A stretch of DNA of 64,000 nt, taken from NCBI RefSeq assembly GCF_018977255.1, contig NW_024704743.1, forward strand, positions 58,158,001 through 58,222,000. The letters are read 5' to 3'. Numbering within the stretch: position 1 is the stretch's first letter; each line of letters starts with the position of its first letter. Made by a program: the position numbers and the translations under genes. The DNA comes from Callorhinchus milii (Eukaryota). The notes below the pieces were generated by a model. The model was not told where the DNA came from, did not search any database, and saw nothing but the letters and a program-made list of their open reading frames with translations. Shown piece by piece: positions 40,997-54,470 of this stretch.

Positions 40997-42889
40997 TCAA
41001 GGCTGCCTGGATGGTCCCAAGATGGCAGGATGATATCGACTGGAAGTTCAGGCTGGGTAGTAAAATCCCAAACAGGTAAGAAAAATCCACCCATGACATA
41101 CAAAGTAAATTCACTTTACAGTATATTCTGTGAAATGCTTTGAGACGTTTTGAAGACAGTGATAACGCGCTATTACATTATCAAATGTAAGGATTATTAT
41201 TATTTATTTATATATATATAAAAAGTAAAAGTTCAAATATCTGAAATGAAAGCTGTATAACACTTATATTCCATCAATCTGAAGTTCTTCAGAGCTGATT
41301 AATTCTGGCAAGAAACAGCAAAGAATCTTCACCTTGAATTCATAAGAGTGGAAATCACGATTGACAGACCCGAGTGCAAACTGACAACCAAGCATAGACA
41401 CAGATACTGCTAGTAAACATCCTGTGCCTCGGTGAATATGCTGTGCCAGTGTTATATGGCCAAGCAAGCTTCAGCACTTTATGTTATCATTTCCGTTCAG
41501 TTTGAGAGTACCAAGCAATCTCATTGTCACAAGAATGTCCGTTTAATGCACCACAAATTTTGTGTGCTGGAGTGAGTGATGTGGTACAACCATTACTCCG
41601 GGTTTGCTGGGTGGAAGTGAAGCAAATAAAGTAAATTTAAGTTTGTTAGAACCAACTTTATGTGAAGATATAGTTGAAAGGAGAAGTGTCTGGAAATTGC
41701 TGACAAGAACAGAGTAGGACTGCAAACAGTGACTGAGAAATTACATGGGATCACAAAAACGAAACAGCGATGTTTGAGATATTTGTTGGTAAATTTTACC
41801 AGAAAGTGAAGGATAAGACTGTCCAGAATTTACAAAGTTTTCAGTACTTTGAAGTCATTTTAAAAACATCATTTGTTTATTCTACATTTTGCAGTTTCCT
41901 CAGAAAAATATTCATATCCAGAAGTATTCATCAATCATAGCTTGTCCTAAAATAAAATGGAATTTGCAATTATTCAAATTTTTTCTAAAGCATTAATATT
42001 GCACATTTGTTATTCCAAGATTGTGAATGATTCCTGTACATAGACCTTAAACCTGCTGATGCAGTTGTCATTTTTAGTAAAACAAATAATTCTAAAAGTC
42101 ATACTTGGTTTGTAAATTGTGCTTTTATATTTAGAAAATAAAATAGGCTTGTGTACTTTTGAGGAAATAAGACACTATTGTATCAAAAAGGCACATCATT
42201 CTCTGTATTTATTGTTTAGGATTTTGTATTGGCAAGGAATAGATGCAACATTGCAAAAGACAGACAGCATATTCAGCATAGTTCACATTCTTGCAAGCAT
42301 AGATCAGAATTGTTCTGCTGCATTGGCATATCTGGAAGTACTGTTCTGCTTTTACTTTCTCAATCCCATTTAACATCTATGTAAGTCTATAAAGTTCACT
42401 GCGAGATGTCCCCTTCAAGGCTAAAGATCCCTAGCTGTTTAATTGCTGCTTATAGCAAATTTCTCCTTGTTCTCCTTTGCACTGCCTCTAGATCCTGAAC
42501 TGCCCCATTGTGTAAGGTGCTGGATAAATATAAGTTCTTACTTTCTGTCTTGGCTTCTTCCAGCACACACACACACACACTCAGCAAACACCATGGTGTC
42601 TGCTTCTCCATCTGCTCCACTCTACTACATTAATTTAAATTGTTGTTTCTCCTTCACCAGAACATAGTTTCAGGAAGTTGGCCAAAAACGTTGCCAAAGC
42701 AATAGAATTTTAGAAGAGTTTTCGAGGCAAGAAGAGAGGTGCAAGTGCAGGGAGTGGAGAGAGGTGCAAGTGAAGCTTCATTTTGATGAGCAAAGAGATT
42801 GAGCAGGAGAATTGGGCTGATGGAAGAGACTGTAAGACACAGATAAGACACAGCAAAAGGTTGGAGGGCCTGGAAGGTTTCATTGAGAA

Positions 42890-43530
42890 TTCCCAGTCGG
42901 AACCTTAGTGTCTTGTTTGAGTCTCAGCTGTCCTTTAAATCCCACATCCATGGCTGACTCCTTCAGCTTTCTCCCACCACCGAAACATTGCCTGCCTCCG
43001 CCACTTCCTATCCCTACGGGCCACTTCTCCATGTTTATAACATGTCCAGGCTAGACTCTCAGCTCGCCGGATTTCCCAACCCTTCCCTTCACAAGTAGCA
43101 GACCAAGAGCCTATCAACTCAATCCTCTCATGGCTCCATTGGCTTCCCATCCCTGAGAGGAATGAGTTCAAGATCCTCACCCTCACTTTTAAATCCCTCC
43201 AAGATCTTGCTCAACCCTATCTCTGTGACCTTGTAAAACCCTAGCAACCCACCCACTCCCTCCCCTCACCAGGTACTGGCCTACTTCATGTCCCATTGGC
43301 GGTTGGGCCTTCAGCCTTTCTGCCCTCACTCTCTGGACCTTCATCCCAGGGTCCCTCTGCCTTGCCGCTTCCCTCACCTCCTTTAAGGTCCATCTCAAAA
43401 TCTTCCTCTTTGTCTGCACCTTCAGTCACCTTCCCACCCCCGCTTGGTCCCCACATCTCCCATACACCCTTGACTGTCCAATACTTTGGGACATCCTTCC
43501 TTGCTTTATAAATACAATTTGCTGTTGTAG
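42890..43530 (+). mobile_element. Decayed L2 3' part
   Basis: ggaaccttagtgtcttgtttga, ggctccattggcttcccatccc, ttcaagatcctc, tail. Confidence 0.8.
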
Positions 43531-45589
43531 TCTTAAAATTAAGGCCTATTTCTACGACCATGCCTAAAGTCACATCCACTTCCCCCTTCTCCCTTGCTCA
43601 ACCTCCAACCTTGTCACTGTGCAGCTCTTCGAGGCATTATCCTGTGCAAACACTGTATAAATACAATTTGTTGTTGCTCAAATTGAGTATCTTGTATTGT
43701 CCAAATTAACACATTAACACAATTTGAAATCTCTTTTTTGAGTGGGGGTGTGAGTGAGATGCGTTTCAAATTCACTAAACCATAGACAGGAAGAATAATT
43801 TAACATTTGATATGTCCAAATGTGAGGAAAGGTTTTACTACAGAATATATCAAGTTAAAGTGCAAGAGTGTTGGACCATTTTAAGGTCCAATAAGAGTAA
43901 GCATGGTGGATTCTTCCTTTCTTGATTGCTGCATTGTCAGAGGTGCTGTCCTATCAACGAGACTTTCAAAGCCCACCTCAAAAAGTATCACTTTGATCAT
44001 GCTTTCAGTCTTCAGCCCCATCCCTAAACTTCGATCAGCTTCCCACCCTGCTTGCTGCTCAACCATCAATGTAAAGCATCTTGAAACATCCTCCTGACAT
44101 CAAAAGCACTATAACAAATGTAATAATTATTATTATATAAATGTAAATTGTATTGAAATATTAAATTGAAGTCCCATCTATTAGTTCTCAAAAGAGAACC
44201 CATATTTCTGTTTGAAAAGAGAAGGGATTATATTCACCTCAAGGCTGCTTGGTGAACTTCACTGTATGCAAATATACAGCCACTACATTTGGCTTAAAAA
44301 ACGATCAATAGACTTGACAGTAATTAATATGAAGTGCTTTGAGACATTTCAACATGATCAAGTGCTTTAAAAATATAGGTTCTTTCTCTACTTCTTGCTT
44401 TCCATTGTGGTGATCTTTCTGAATAATGAAACCTGTCGGTGTACTCATCACTGTTATATCTTTCATGTTGAACTTCCCATTTTCTGTTTTTATATCTCAA
44501 TTGCTGGATAGAAGTAACAATTTGTCAATCTATTTGCTGCAACAATTTGGTAAGTCAAAAGCGAAAACAAGTAGCAGGAATAACCTCTGTCAATTTTACA
44601 ATCTCTGTAATCTCAATTTCAATCTCTCCTGGAAGAGAATTCAGCAAAAGGTTAAAAATCTCCAAAAGATAGGTTTGTATTGATCTCCCAGTCAGACTGA
44701 CATTGATAAATGATTGTAAAAAATGTTGCAACAAATGCTAATGCCTCTTTTGCATTGGAAATTTTCTTGATGCTGAATTTTGGAAAATACAATTCGAAAT
44801 CAGATTGCCCATTGCCTCAGCAAAGAGCAAATTTCAATTGTGTGATGGAAGTTACTAGATCTAGTGATGTTCTGCCATACATCAGGTCTAAGTGACATCG
44901 CAAATGTATTACGATGATATCAGAGGTTTTTTTGCACATGCACAAAACATAATATGCTGCAAGCGTCCTATGTAAATCCAGAGACAATCTAAAAGTGGCA
45001 GAGGCTTGGAATGCAGCAGCATCTGCTCCTGCAATACAAAAGCTTCATTGAGTTAACAGAATATTATATACATGTCAAGAATGTTCCATTCGGGCAGTGA
45101 TTTTCAAGCCTTACTGCTGTTTACTAGTGTCCAAAATCATTTCCTATGGTGGCTTCTTTCATCATGACCATACCTTCGGGCATCTTTTCCCCTCCCCACA
45201 CTCTTGGTTACCACCCATAGCCAGAATTGTGAAGCACTCGGGATATTGTCCCGATGTGAAAGGTGCTATCTAAATATAAATTGTATTGTATTGCATATCA
45301 TGAAGGTGGCTGAAGGTGGCATGCTGAATTAAATGGTTCTAGCTGTTGGCTGGTTGATCCTCAAGCGTATATCTTTTCTGTACTAGAACCACAGAAGTTT
45401 TTTGGGGGAGAGGGGAGTGTTCAGCTAAGACTCTCTTGGGAACTTGAGGAACTGAGAATATTTTCCATCTCACCATGAGAACAAAGCACACCACAAAGAG
45501 TGACTCAGTAAATTGTTAATAAAACTAACCCTTGTAACAAATCGGGCATTAATGTAAAAATTCAAGATGGTAATGTAACTTTGGCGATA

Positions 45590-45955
45590 ACAATTATTGC
45601 TGTATTTGATATACTGCCGTATTATGTCATCGAAACATCTCAAAATGGTTTACAGGAATTACTGTGATTGCGTATTTTGTAGCCAAAAGCGGCAGCCAAT
45701 TTGCGCACGGTAATGTCCCACAAATAGCCACGAGGTGGATAAACATTTTTTGTTTTGGGTGATTGGTGGCTTGGAGACCAGGAAAAATATCCTTCTGTTT
45801 GTAAATAATGACTTGAAATCTTTACACCCAAACACTCTTTCCGTCTTGTGTCATGAGATGTTTTCACATCCACTTGAGCTCGCACAGGTGATTTTGCTTT
45901 AACATCTCATTCGAAGAAAGGCATCTCCAACAATTCAGAATTCCCCCAGTCCCAA
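45590..45955 (-). mobile_element. Old DeuSINE, interrupted
   Basis: gcggcagccaatttgcgcacggtaatgtcccacaaa core; tttaacatctcattcgaag. Confidence 0.75.
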
Positions 45956-45999
45956 TATGGCAAGCAGCGGAATGTGCAGCACAGGCTGTCCTTAGTGTT

Positions 46000-46530
46000 C
46001 CAGATCATCCCAAACTCCGCAGCTCGTGTACTCTCGCGCACCAGGCTCCGTGACCCCATCACTCCCACCCTCGCCCAACTCCACTGGCTCCCCATCCTCA
46101 GAGGATCGAATTCAAGATCCTCGTCCTCACTTTCAAGCCCATCCACGGCTTTGCCCCCTCCTATCTTCTGACCCGCTAACTCACTACCAACCTGCCCACT
46201 CCATCCATTCAGCAGGCTCCAGCCTGCATCATGTCTCCCGCCCAATCCGCCCTACCATCGGTGGCCGGGCTTTCAGCCTCTCTGCCCCCACAATCTGGAA
46301 TTACATCCCACAGTCCCTTCGCCTCACTTCCTCCCTTGCCTCCTTCAAGGCCGGTCTCAGTACCCTTCTCTTCGATCATGCCTTTGGTCGCCCTCCCACC
46401 TCTCTGCCTTTTCTCACCCCTACACCACTCCTCCCCCATGCTCGGGCCCTGACACCTGACTGTTCAGCGCTTTGGGACGTCCTCCCGACGTGAAAGGCAC
46501 TCTATAAATGTAATTTTGTTGTTGTTGTTG
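46000..46530 (+). mobile_element. L2 family A 3' fragment
   Basis: [31 protein letters not shown]; close to 40470-40996; (TTG)n tail. Confidence 0.93.
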
Positions 46531-46626
46531 ATTTAGTTTTGCATGAAAATGTGAAAAATATTTAGTAATGTGAAAAGCCGCATCACTACAGTGTTCCAAG
46601 TTGCTTTCCCACGTGAAGGGCACAAT

Positions 46627-46935
46627 ATAATAATAATAATAATCCTTGCATTTGATATAGCGCTTTTCACGTCGGGAGGACGTCCCAAAGCGCTTCACAG
46701 ATCACACTGTAAAGTGAATTGACTGTATATTTGTGGGCGAACGCGGCAGCCAATTGCGCACAGCAATGTCCCACAAACAGTCGTAGATTGAAAATGACCA
46801 ATTTATTATTGTTTTTGGTTTTGGAGGGATTATTATTAGGCGTGTGGAGTAAGGAAACTTGCCCAAGGTTTCGCCCTGCCTGGAATTGAACTCAGGTCTC
46901 TCGCTTACAAAGCGAGTGCTCTAACCACTGAGCTA
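46627..46935 (-). mobile_element. Young SINE, short form
   Basis: Near-identical reverse complement of 56901-57222. Confidence 0.93.
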
Positions 46936-47429
46936 AGCATGTTGTTGTTATTGTTGCAATAGAGACAAAAGTAACAAACGTGATCCATGTGTTATTCAGC
47001 ACATCGACTTAATTGGCGCCCCCCCCCCACCTCACCCCCGATTTCATTTCCAGTAGAGAGGTCAGAGAAGCCAGGTCCACAGTGTTAGTCTTTTTAGAAA
47101 ACAAAAACTCCAATAGAAATCCAATATCCTGTTAATGGTATGGATGCCTTCACACACTTTGTCTGACTCCACTCTGCCACTGAGAATGGTGTCAGAGACA
47201 TTCACCTACAGCTCATTTAATGTGGTCAGTATTATGTGCCCCATAAATTTGACCCCACAGTTTTTCCTGCGATGCTAGGTTTAACCAAAAAGCAGCATGG
47301 CAAGCAGCGGAATGTGCAACACAGACTGTCCTTAGCTGTTTCAGGAACTGAGACATCCTGAAAAACCATTGCTACAATGACAAATGACTCTTCAAACCAT
47401 TAGGCAGCACAAAGAATGCGGCACATTGG

Positions 47430-47900
47430 GAATCATAGAATCATTAATAAGTATCATAGGAGGTTTACAGCACATGCGGCCATTGTATCTGTGACTGGTG
47501 CTCATTCTCTCTAAGGATTTATGTACTCTAATCCTATTTCCCTGCACTTTACTTATTGTCTTAAACATTATTATGTGTGTGTTGTTTTTCTTTTCAGATG
47601 AAGAAAACCCTTCGACCCATCCAATCTCATCAATCTCATTCCCCCAGAACACACACCCCACCGTCCCTCCATCACAGCATCCAGCTGCTTTTTAAATGAG
47701 TCCATTGTTGTGGCCTCAACCACCTTTCCTGGCAACCTTTTACCGGTCATTACAATGACAAATGAGTAAAGAAAACTTCCTGGTATCCTGAAATTACCGT
47801 GTGCAACACTAAACCTATGTGCCCTTGTTCTACCATCCTGGTGCATCCTAAAGTATTGTTCTGGGTTCACTTTTTCAATAACATTTAAAATGTTACAGTT
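47430..47900 (-). mobile_element. CR1 3' end
   Basis: Translates as GRTRAHRF..KRLPGKVVEATTMDSFKKQLD; aatcatagaatc tail. Confidence 0.8.
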
Positions 47901-49111
47901 CAGTATCTTTTATGGATTCTGCTTCCACAGATTTTCATGGTGATGCACTTCCTAAACAAATCCGTGTAAAACAAATGTTCCCCACCCCTACTCTGCCTCC
48001 TTTCTTTTTCTGGTGATAATCTTCAAAATTATTCTGTCGTTCCATCTTGTTATTGACTTGCCGATCAGTGAATCTCTTTCTACTCGCCCAATTAAAACGA
48101 CTTATCATTTGAAAAAACCTTGCTGCAGGTTAGGAGATTGTTTCACCTTTTGTGTTAAGAATTTTATTCCATCGAAACAAGTAGATGAATGTGATTGTGG
48201 CGCTTAACATTCTAGAAAATTAGATTTGAAGATTCAATGAGGATTCTAACAAGTGCTACATGGAAAAGATATGTAAAGTGATTTTTTTTGTCAATGCTGA
48301 TTTCTCATTTTTAAAAAAGAAATTATAATTATCATGTAAAAAGGAAATGTACAAGACAGAAACTGCGCAAGGCTGATTTGAAGGTACTCCAAATGCCAGC
48401 AGTCATGGCTTTCGGTACAATTTACATACCAATTATTTTTTTCAACACTTTCAGAAATGTAGGATCTGATATTTTAAATTATTTAAAAAAATTATTACAA
48501 ATTATGGCAGATTTCATGGCTGCACTGTGTTAGATACATGAGTTTTAGATGGACTATTGGAAAGAGGATGCAAACTAAACCTTACACCTCAAAGGGCAAA
48601 GAAAGAGCTACTTAAATGGTTGCTTTATCATTTCTTTAATATTTGTTTTTCTGTCTCCCTTTCTACATGCATTATATTTGGCTGCTTCACATTGAATTTA
48701 ACATGTATTTATCACAGCCCATGCCAAATGATATGCACTTGACACATTGAAATGTTATTATAAGAGGAGTTTCACTATATCAGGAAAATCTTGAATAATA
48801 GTACCTGGAAATTTATTTCCTAGTTATAAATCACATTTCCAGTATCCTATGCAAGCATCACACATCAACCTGTTTCTGTTGAAGAAAATATGTAATTGGT
48901 AAATGAATTCAGCTATTTTACAGTATAGCAGACATGGCTGTCAAAATAGCTTCTAAAAAGACTAAAAATGAATGAATGAATAAAATACATAGTTGAACTC
49001 ATTTCAATTGTGCTTGCTCCAGAAAACACAATACAGGGGTGAAAATTATGATGTGATATTTTTATTTAAAATATGTAATAATTATATCGGTGACAATACA
49101 GTTAAAACAAA

Positions 49112-49375
49112 CTATACAATACAATATACATTCCAATAATGCCTTTCATGTTGGGAGGACATCTCAAAGTGCTTGATACTGATGGCTAAGACCCGAGTTA
49201 GGGGTGGGAGCTGAGGGGGATAGGAATGGGGAAAGATGACCAAAAGTGCAGACAAACAGAAAGACCTTGAATGAGAAAAGAGAGGGAGACAGTGAGAGGG
49301 ACTCCAGGATGCAGATCCAGAGAGCGGGGGCAGAATGGTTGAAAGACCACCTGCTGATGGGGTGACCTGGAGCAA
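49112..49375 (-). mobile_element. Old L2 3' fragment with (TATTG)n tail
   Basis: Antisense ccagagagcgggggcagaatggttgaaagaccacctgctgatgg. Confidence 0.7.
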
Positions 49376-49639
49376 TCAATCACAAAACTGGCAAAATGAT
49401 TCCTTCTCCTTCACAATGGTTAAGTCAAAGCTACCTTGTGGCTGTCATTAGATAGTGCTTCTGATTCTATTGTTCTATGAAGCCAGCATCCCCTGAACTC
49501 ACTCTCTATTGTAAGCTGGCAGCAAATCCAAAGAAGGCCAATAATAATATAATAACAATAACAATCCCTATCATGTTATCGAGACATTTCAAATTGGTTC
49601 ACAGGATTTCACTGTGAAGTGTAGTGTCTATGTGTTTAT

Positions 49640-50018
49640 AATAATAACAATAATTCTTGCATTTGTATGGCAGCACCTTCTCATTTCTTCGAGATGTCTC
49701 AAAGCACTTCACAGAATATACTGTAAAGTGAATTGACTATATATTTTGCGGGCGAAACACGACAGACAATTGCGCACAGCAGTGTCCCACAAACAATCGT
49801 GGATTGAAGTGACCAATTTATTATTATTCATTATTTTTAAGGAATCATTATCCCCGGAAACGCCATCTGCCAATCGACTAACAACAGGGTTCCTACTTAC
49901 TGCTAGGTAAACAGAGGTATATGAAGTAAGGAAACTTGCCATACATTTTGCCCTGTTGGGAATTGAACCCAGGTCTCTCGCTTGTGAGGTGATTGTTCTA
50001 ACCCCTGAGCTACAGGAC
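49640..50018 (-). mobile_element. SINE long form
   Basis: Colinear with 19933-20309. Confidence 0.9.
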
Positions 50019-50059
50019 TTTACTTATTTGTAACTTAATGTGGCAACCAATTAGTGCGC

Positions 50060-50625
50060 AGCTTTTGTGTTTGGCCAGCCGTGCTCTGATACATGTAGAA
50101 CCCATCACCATACTTAATTGTATCCAAACCAAACTGAAAGTTCCACACATCCCACCTATACCTGGAAATTCCTGAGATATTTGTTGGAATGGAATGTGCA
50201 CTCTCTCTGGAATGCATTTTGCTTACTTAATTCTGGAGAGTATTAGGCGCAGGTTGGCAAGAACCAAGGTTTAGGAACCCAGAGTGCACGTTGAGGTACC
50301 TGCTGGAGTCTAACCAGCTAAAACCACTTAGCTTGCCATTGAAAGCACTGTTCAGATAGGACATCCCTACCCATTTGGGCTTTGTTTTGCAAGGTTAAGG
50401 GGAGCTGAGTGGAAAGACGCCCTGCCTCGAATGACAGCTTTGCGCTTCCAAGTTCTGCCGATGAGCCAGGCTGGCTGTGGTGTCATCAGCAGTGCCCTGG
50501 AATAGTGCAGACCTGTCTGGTTCAGGAACTGGACTACCGAGTCCGCCACTGAGGGTTGGCTCAATTCTGACATTTTGTTGCCAAACATGTCACCTTGGAG
50601 CCAGGTCAGCTCCAAGGAGACCCCA
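50060..50625 (-). repeat. Unclassified repeat X
   Basis: Reverse complement colinear with 56068-56660 over ~560 bp. Confidence 0.88.
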
Positions 50626-51227
50626 CTTACCTCCTCCCCCGCCCCTCAAGGAAGGTAGCCCATAGGTGGTTATTTGACATTAGGTACAAGGTGACAGGAA
50701 CTCCCTGTAAATCAAAATGTATGAGATCATTGCCACCATCTTTCCTGTCCACAGCTCAGACACACATTTTGTAAGCTTTGCTCGATTCGATGAATCATTG
50801 TCTTTCAAAATGTTTCATCAGCATTTTCCTCGCAGGGATAGTGAGCGACGTAATTGATGCTCTGGGACTTTCCAAATCATTTATCGTGAAGGGATAATAA
50901 TCTTGCTGGATTCAGTGTTATGGCTGGTTTCTATTTTATGAAAGAAAGATACTAAAGACACCAAAAAAATTGTTTGAAATTATGGATTGATGATTGACTG
51001 TGGGGAGGAGCACAGTCCTGGGATGACAAACAAAATATAATGAGAAATTATGAAAAATGTTGCCTCTACCTGCAAAATCTTGACAGCAGCTTTAATATTT
51101 CCCTGCTGTAATCCTGGCAAATGACAGTGTCATTGAAGAGGTAAATGTTTAGAGTGTGTATATGTGTGTACACATAAGCATACATAAGCATCCATAGTAA
51201 AATGGTTAATGTTTGTGAACATGTGTG

Positions 51228-51571
51228 TCAGACTGGTGCAGTACTTGCACTTTCGTCTCTGAGTCAGGAGGTTATGGGTTCAACCTTCAGATGAAACATT
51301 AAACTGGCGTCCCGCCTGTTTGTTCAGGTGGATGTTAAAGATCTCATGGCCATATTTGAAAAGATAAGGGAGTTTCTCTTGGTATGCTGGCCAACAATCC
51401 CCCAAATAAAATTGATCACTCACTCCAAGGCTGTTTGTGGGGCATTGCTGTGTGCAAAACTGGCTGCCACATTTCACCCACAAAATGCAGTGTATCCTCT
51501 AAAGTGCTTTGAGATGTTTTGATGATGTGACAAGGCACTCTATCAAATGCAAGGATTATTTATTTATTATT
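51228..51571 (+). mobile_element. Old DeuSINE
   Basis: tctgagtcaggaggttatgggttcaa head; Deu core; (TTA)n tail. Confidence 0.8.
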
Positions 51572-51917
51572 AAGGAAGGTTAGTTGGCTAGGGAACTGTT
51601 TATAGTAGGGAATGCTTTATTTCACCAGTGGCTGGTGCACATTATTAATAGGGGCTGGATTAGGTGAAAGTGCACTCTGGACTGGACAAGCGAGGTCCTA
51701 TTTCCGATATCCAAATTCGATGAACTAATCTGACCTTCAGTTTTCAAATATTTGAAAGAGAACTTGAGAGATTCTCAAAATGATTAATTATGAATCCCAA
51801 AGCAGACAAAGTTTTTGCAACATGTGAATTATCAGTTATAATAAAATAATCCTTGATTTGATGTAGCGCCTTTTCACATCTTCAAGACATCTCAAAGCCC
51901 TTCACAAAATATATAAA

Positions 51918-52268
51918 AATAATAATCATTTGCATTTGACATAGAGCCTTTCCACATTTTCGAGATGTCTCAAAAAGCTTCACAGAATATACTGTAAAGT
52001 GAATTGACTATATTTTGTGGGTGAACGTGGCAGCCAATTGCGCACAGCAATGCCCCACAAACAGTTGTGGATTCAGTGACCAAATTCTTATTTTATTTAT
52101 TTATTTGAAGAGATTATTATCCCGGATAAGCAATCTGCCAATTGACTAACAATCAGGTTCCTAGTTACCTCTAGGTGAACAGAGGTGTGTGGAGTAAGGA
52201 AACTTGCCCAACGTTTCGCCCTGCCCGTGAATCGAACCCATGTCCTCTCGTTTCCGAGGCGAGTACTC
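51918..52268 (-). mobile_element. SINE long form
   Basis: Colinear with 49640-50018. Confidence 0.9.
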
Positions 52269-52289
52269 AATTGAATGCTGGAATCAAGG

Positions 52290-52852
52290 CTGCCCTCTGT
52301 GGATGCTTCAGTTGTCCTGTTCCTGAACCAGGCGGGTCCACAGTACTTTAGGACATTGGTGATAACAGATCAGCAATGCCTGGCTCATCCACAGAATTAG
52401 AGGGATTCTTCATGCTGTTAACCCTGCAAGCCAAAGTCCTTATCGGTAAGGTGCTCCTGTTTGGATCAGCAACGGGAAACTTGCCAGACACTGCCTTCAA
52501 TGGCCAGCTATGTGGTTTTAGGTGGTTAAACTTCTGTAGTACCCCAACACACATTCTGGTGTCCCAAAGCCTTGGTTCTTGCCAACCTGTGCCTGATACT
52601 CTCCAGAATTATGTAAGCAGGTGCATTCCTCCAGGGAGAGTGTGTGAATTTTATTCCAGACACAGGGAAATTTCCATGTATAAATGGCAACAACAAAAAC
52701 CACAAACTTGCATTTATATAATGACTTTCATGTGGGGTAGCATCTCGGATTATATGGCATGCATATATGGAAATTCTCAGTTTGGTTTGTAAACTCTTAA
52801 GTACAGCAATGAATTTCTGCATGTGTCAGATGCTCAACTAACCAAAATAAAA
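52290..52852 (+). repeat. Unclassified repeat X with nested L2-tail insertion (~52691-52750)
   Basis: ctgttaaccctgcaag, gcgggtccacagtac, ttccagaatt shared with 56068-56660. Confidence 0.82.
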
Positions 52853-53599
52853 TCCTCTCTCGGAGCTTTCCGTTCCTCTTCTGATTCCACGCTACAACCA
52901 AAAATGTTAACCTATCTTTCTCTATCAGATACTTATTTGCAGTGTTGTGCATTTTGTGTTTTGCTCCAGTCTTCAGCCTGTGAAGTGGGATGACTTTGAC
53001 AGAGGAGGCAGCTCATCATTTCTATTGTCTAAGATAGATGAAAGGGTAACAGCTCATGAATGCCTATTTAACTCTTGGATCATGTTCAGCAAATGTGCAA
53101 ACAGCAGTTCCCAAAATTCTCAGCATTTCCAGTTAATAGTCACTAAATACATTTTATGAAATAATCCTGTATTATGGCTAAGTGCTAAAATTGTTTGTCA
53201 TCACCTTCCAGTAAAACAGCAAATATCAGCTTTTTTGATGTAAGCTACAGGTTAGAACAAACCAATTCAGTATTTAAGGTGGAAATAAATGTAAATAGAT
53301 GCAAGAGAGATGGAGACTGAAAATTCTGTGGTTCAACTCAGGTCCATTGTATTTATTTCTCCTATCAACGTTGATTCTAAGTAAACATTTTTACATTTTT
53401 TTTACAAAGCATATGAAGAATAGGATGACGTGACTCCGACATTAACTTCACACTTAAAAGCTACAGACTGGGAAAAATAGTTTGATATTATTGTAGTGTA
53501 TTTTTTTAGGAAGCTGATAAATAATTAAGGTAAATGTTTGGTGTTTGTACGTTAAAGCATATAATATTACAATATTTGAAAAGAAAATGGTGTTTTTCC

Positions 53600-53815
53600 T
53601 GGTATCCATGCCAACAGCCCCCCCAGATAAAATTGGTAATTCACTTCATGGGTGTTTGTGGGACATTGCTGTGGGGCAAATAGCTGTCACGTTTGCTGAC
53701 AGAATACACAGTCACTGCACTTTACAGTATATTCTGTGACATTTTTTGAGACATCCTCAAGATGTGAAAGACGCTATATCAAATATTAGGATTATTATAG
53801 GATTATTATTATTAC
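53600..53815 (+). mobile_element. DeuSINE 3' half
   Basis: gtttgtgggacattgctgtg core and tail. Confidence 0.8.
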
Positions 53816-54159
53816 CCCATTAAATGGTATAATTATATAGTGTGAATATAACCAATATGCTTTTGAATCCAGTGTAGAGGTTGAATCCATGGTGAACAAT
53901 GGTCTTATAATTGTGATATGGTTAGTCAATCAACGTATACAGCCAAATTTACAGTGAGTTGAAAAGTGTCCAACGTAGTCCTAATGTAGACAATTCACTC
54001 CACATACCAATGTATTTCTGAAGCCACCGTGAGCAGCCCACAATAAAATTGACATATCTCTAGACATCTTTTTTCAGCCCTGAAAATGACTAACATTCAC
54101 TAATGATCAAGTGCTTCTCAATATTTCACTATCTGTAGCAAAGCTAATGCTTCACCATA

Positions 54160-54470
54160 AAATAATAAATAATAATAATAATCCTTGAATTTGATATAGC
54201 ATTTTTCACGCCTTCTAGCCGTCTCAAAGCGTTTCACAGAATATGCTGTAAAATGAATTGACTGTACGTTTGTGGCTGAAATGCAGCAGCCAATAGCGTA
54301 CAGCAGTGTCCCACAAACAGTCGTGGATTGAAATGACTAATATTATTATTGTTTTTTTTTGAGGGATTATTATCAGGCGTGTGGAGTAAGGAAACTTGCC
54401 CAAGGTTTCACCCTGCCAGTAATCGAACCCAGGTCTCTTGCTTGTGAGAGACCTGGCTTCGATTCCCAGG
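54160..54470 (-). mobile_element. SINE short form with 5' fold-back inversion
   Basis: Colinear with 46627-46935 up to the anticodon arm, then switches strand at 54447. Confidence 0.88.
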
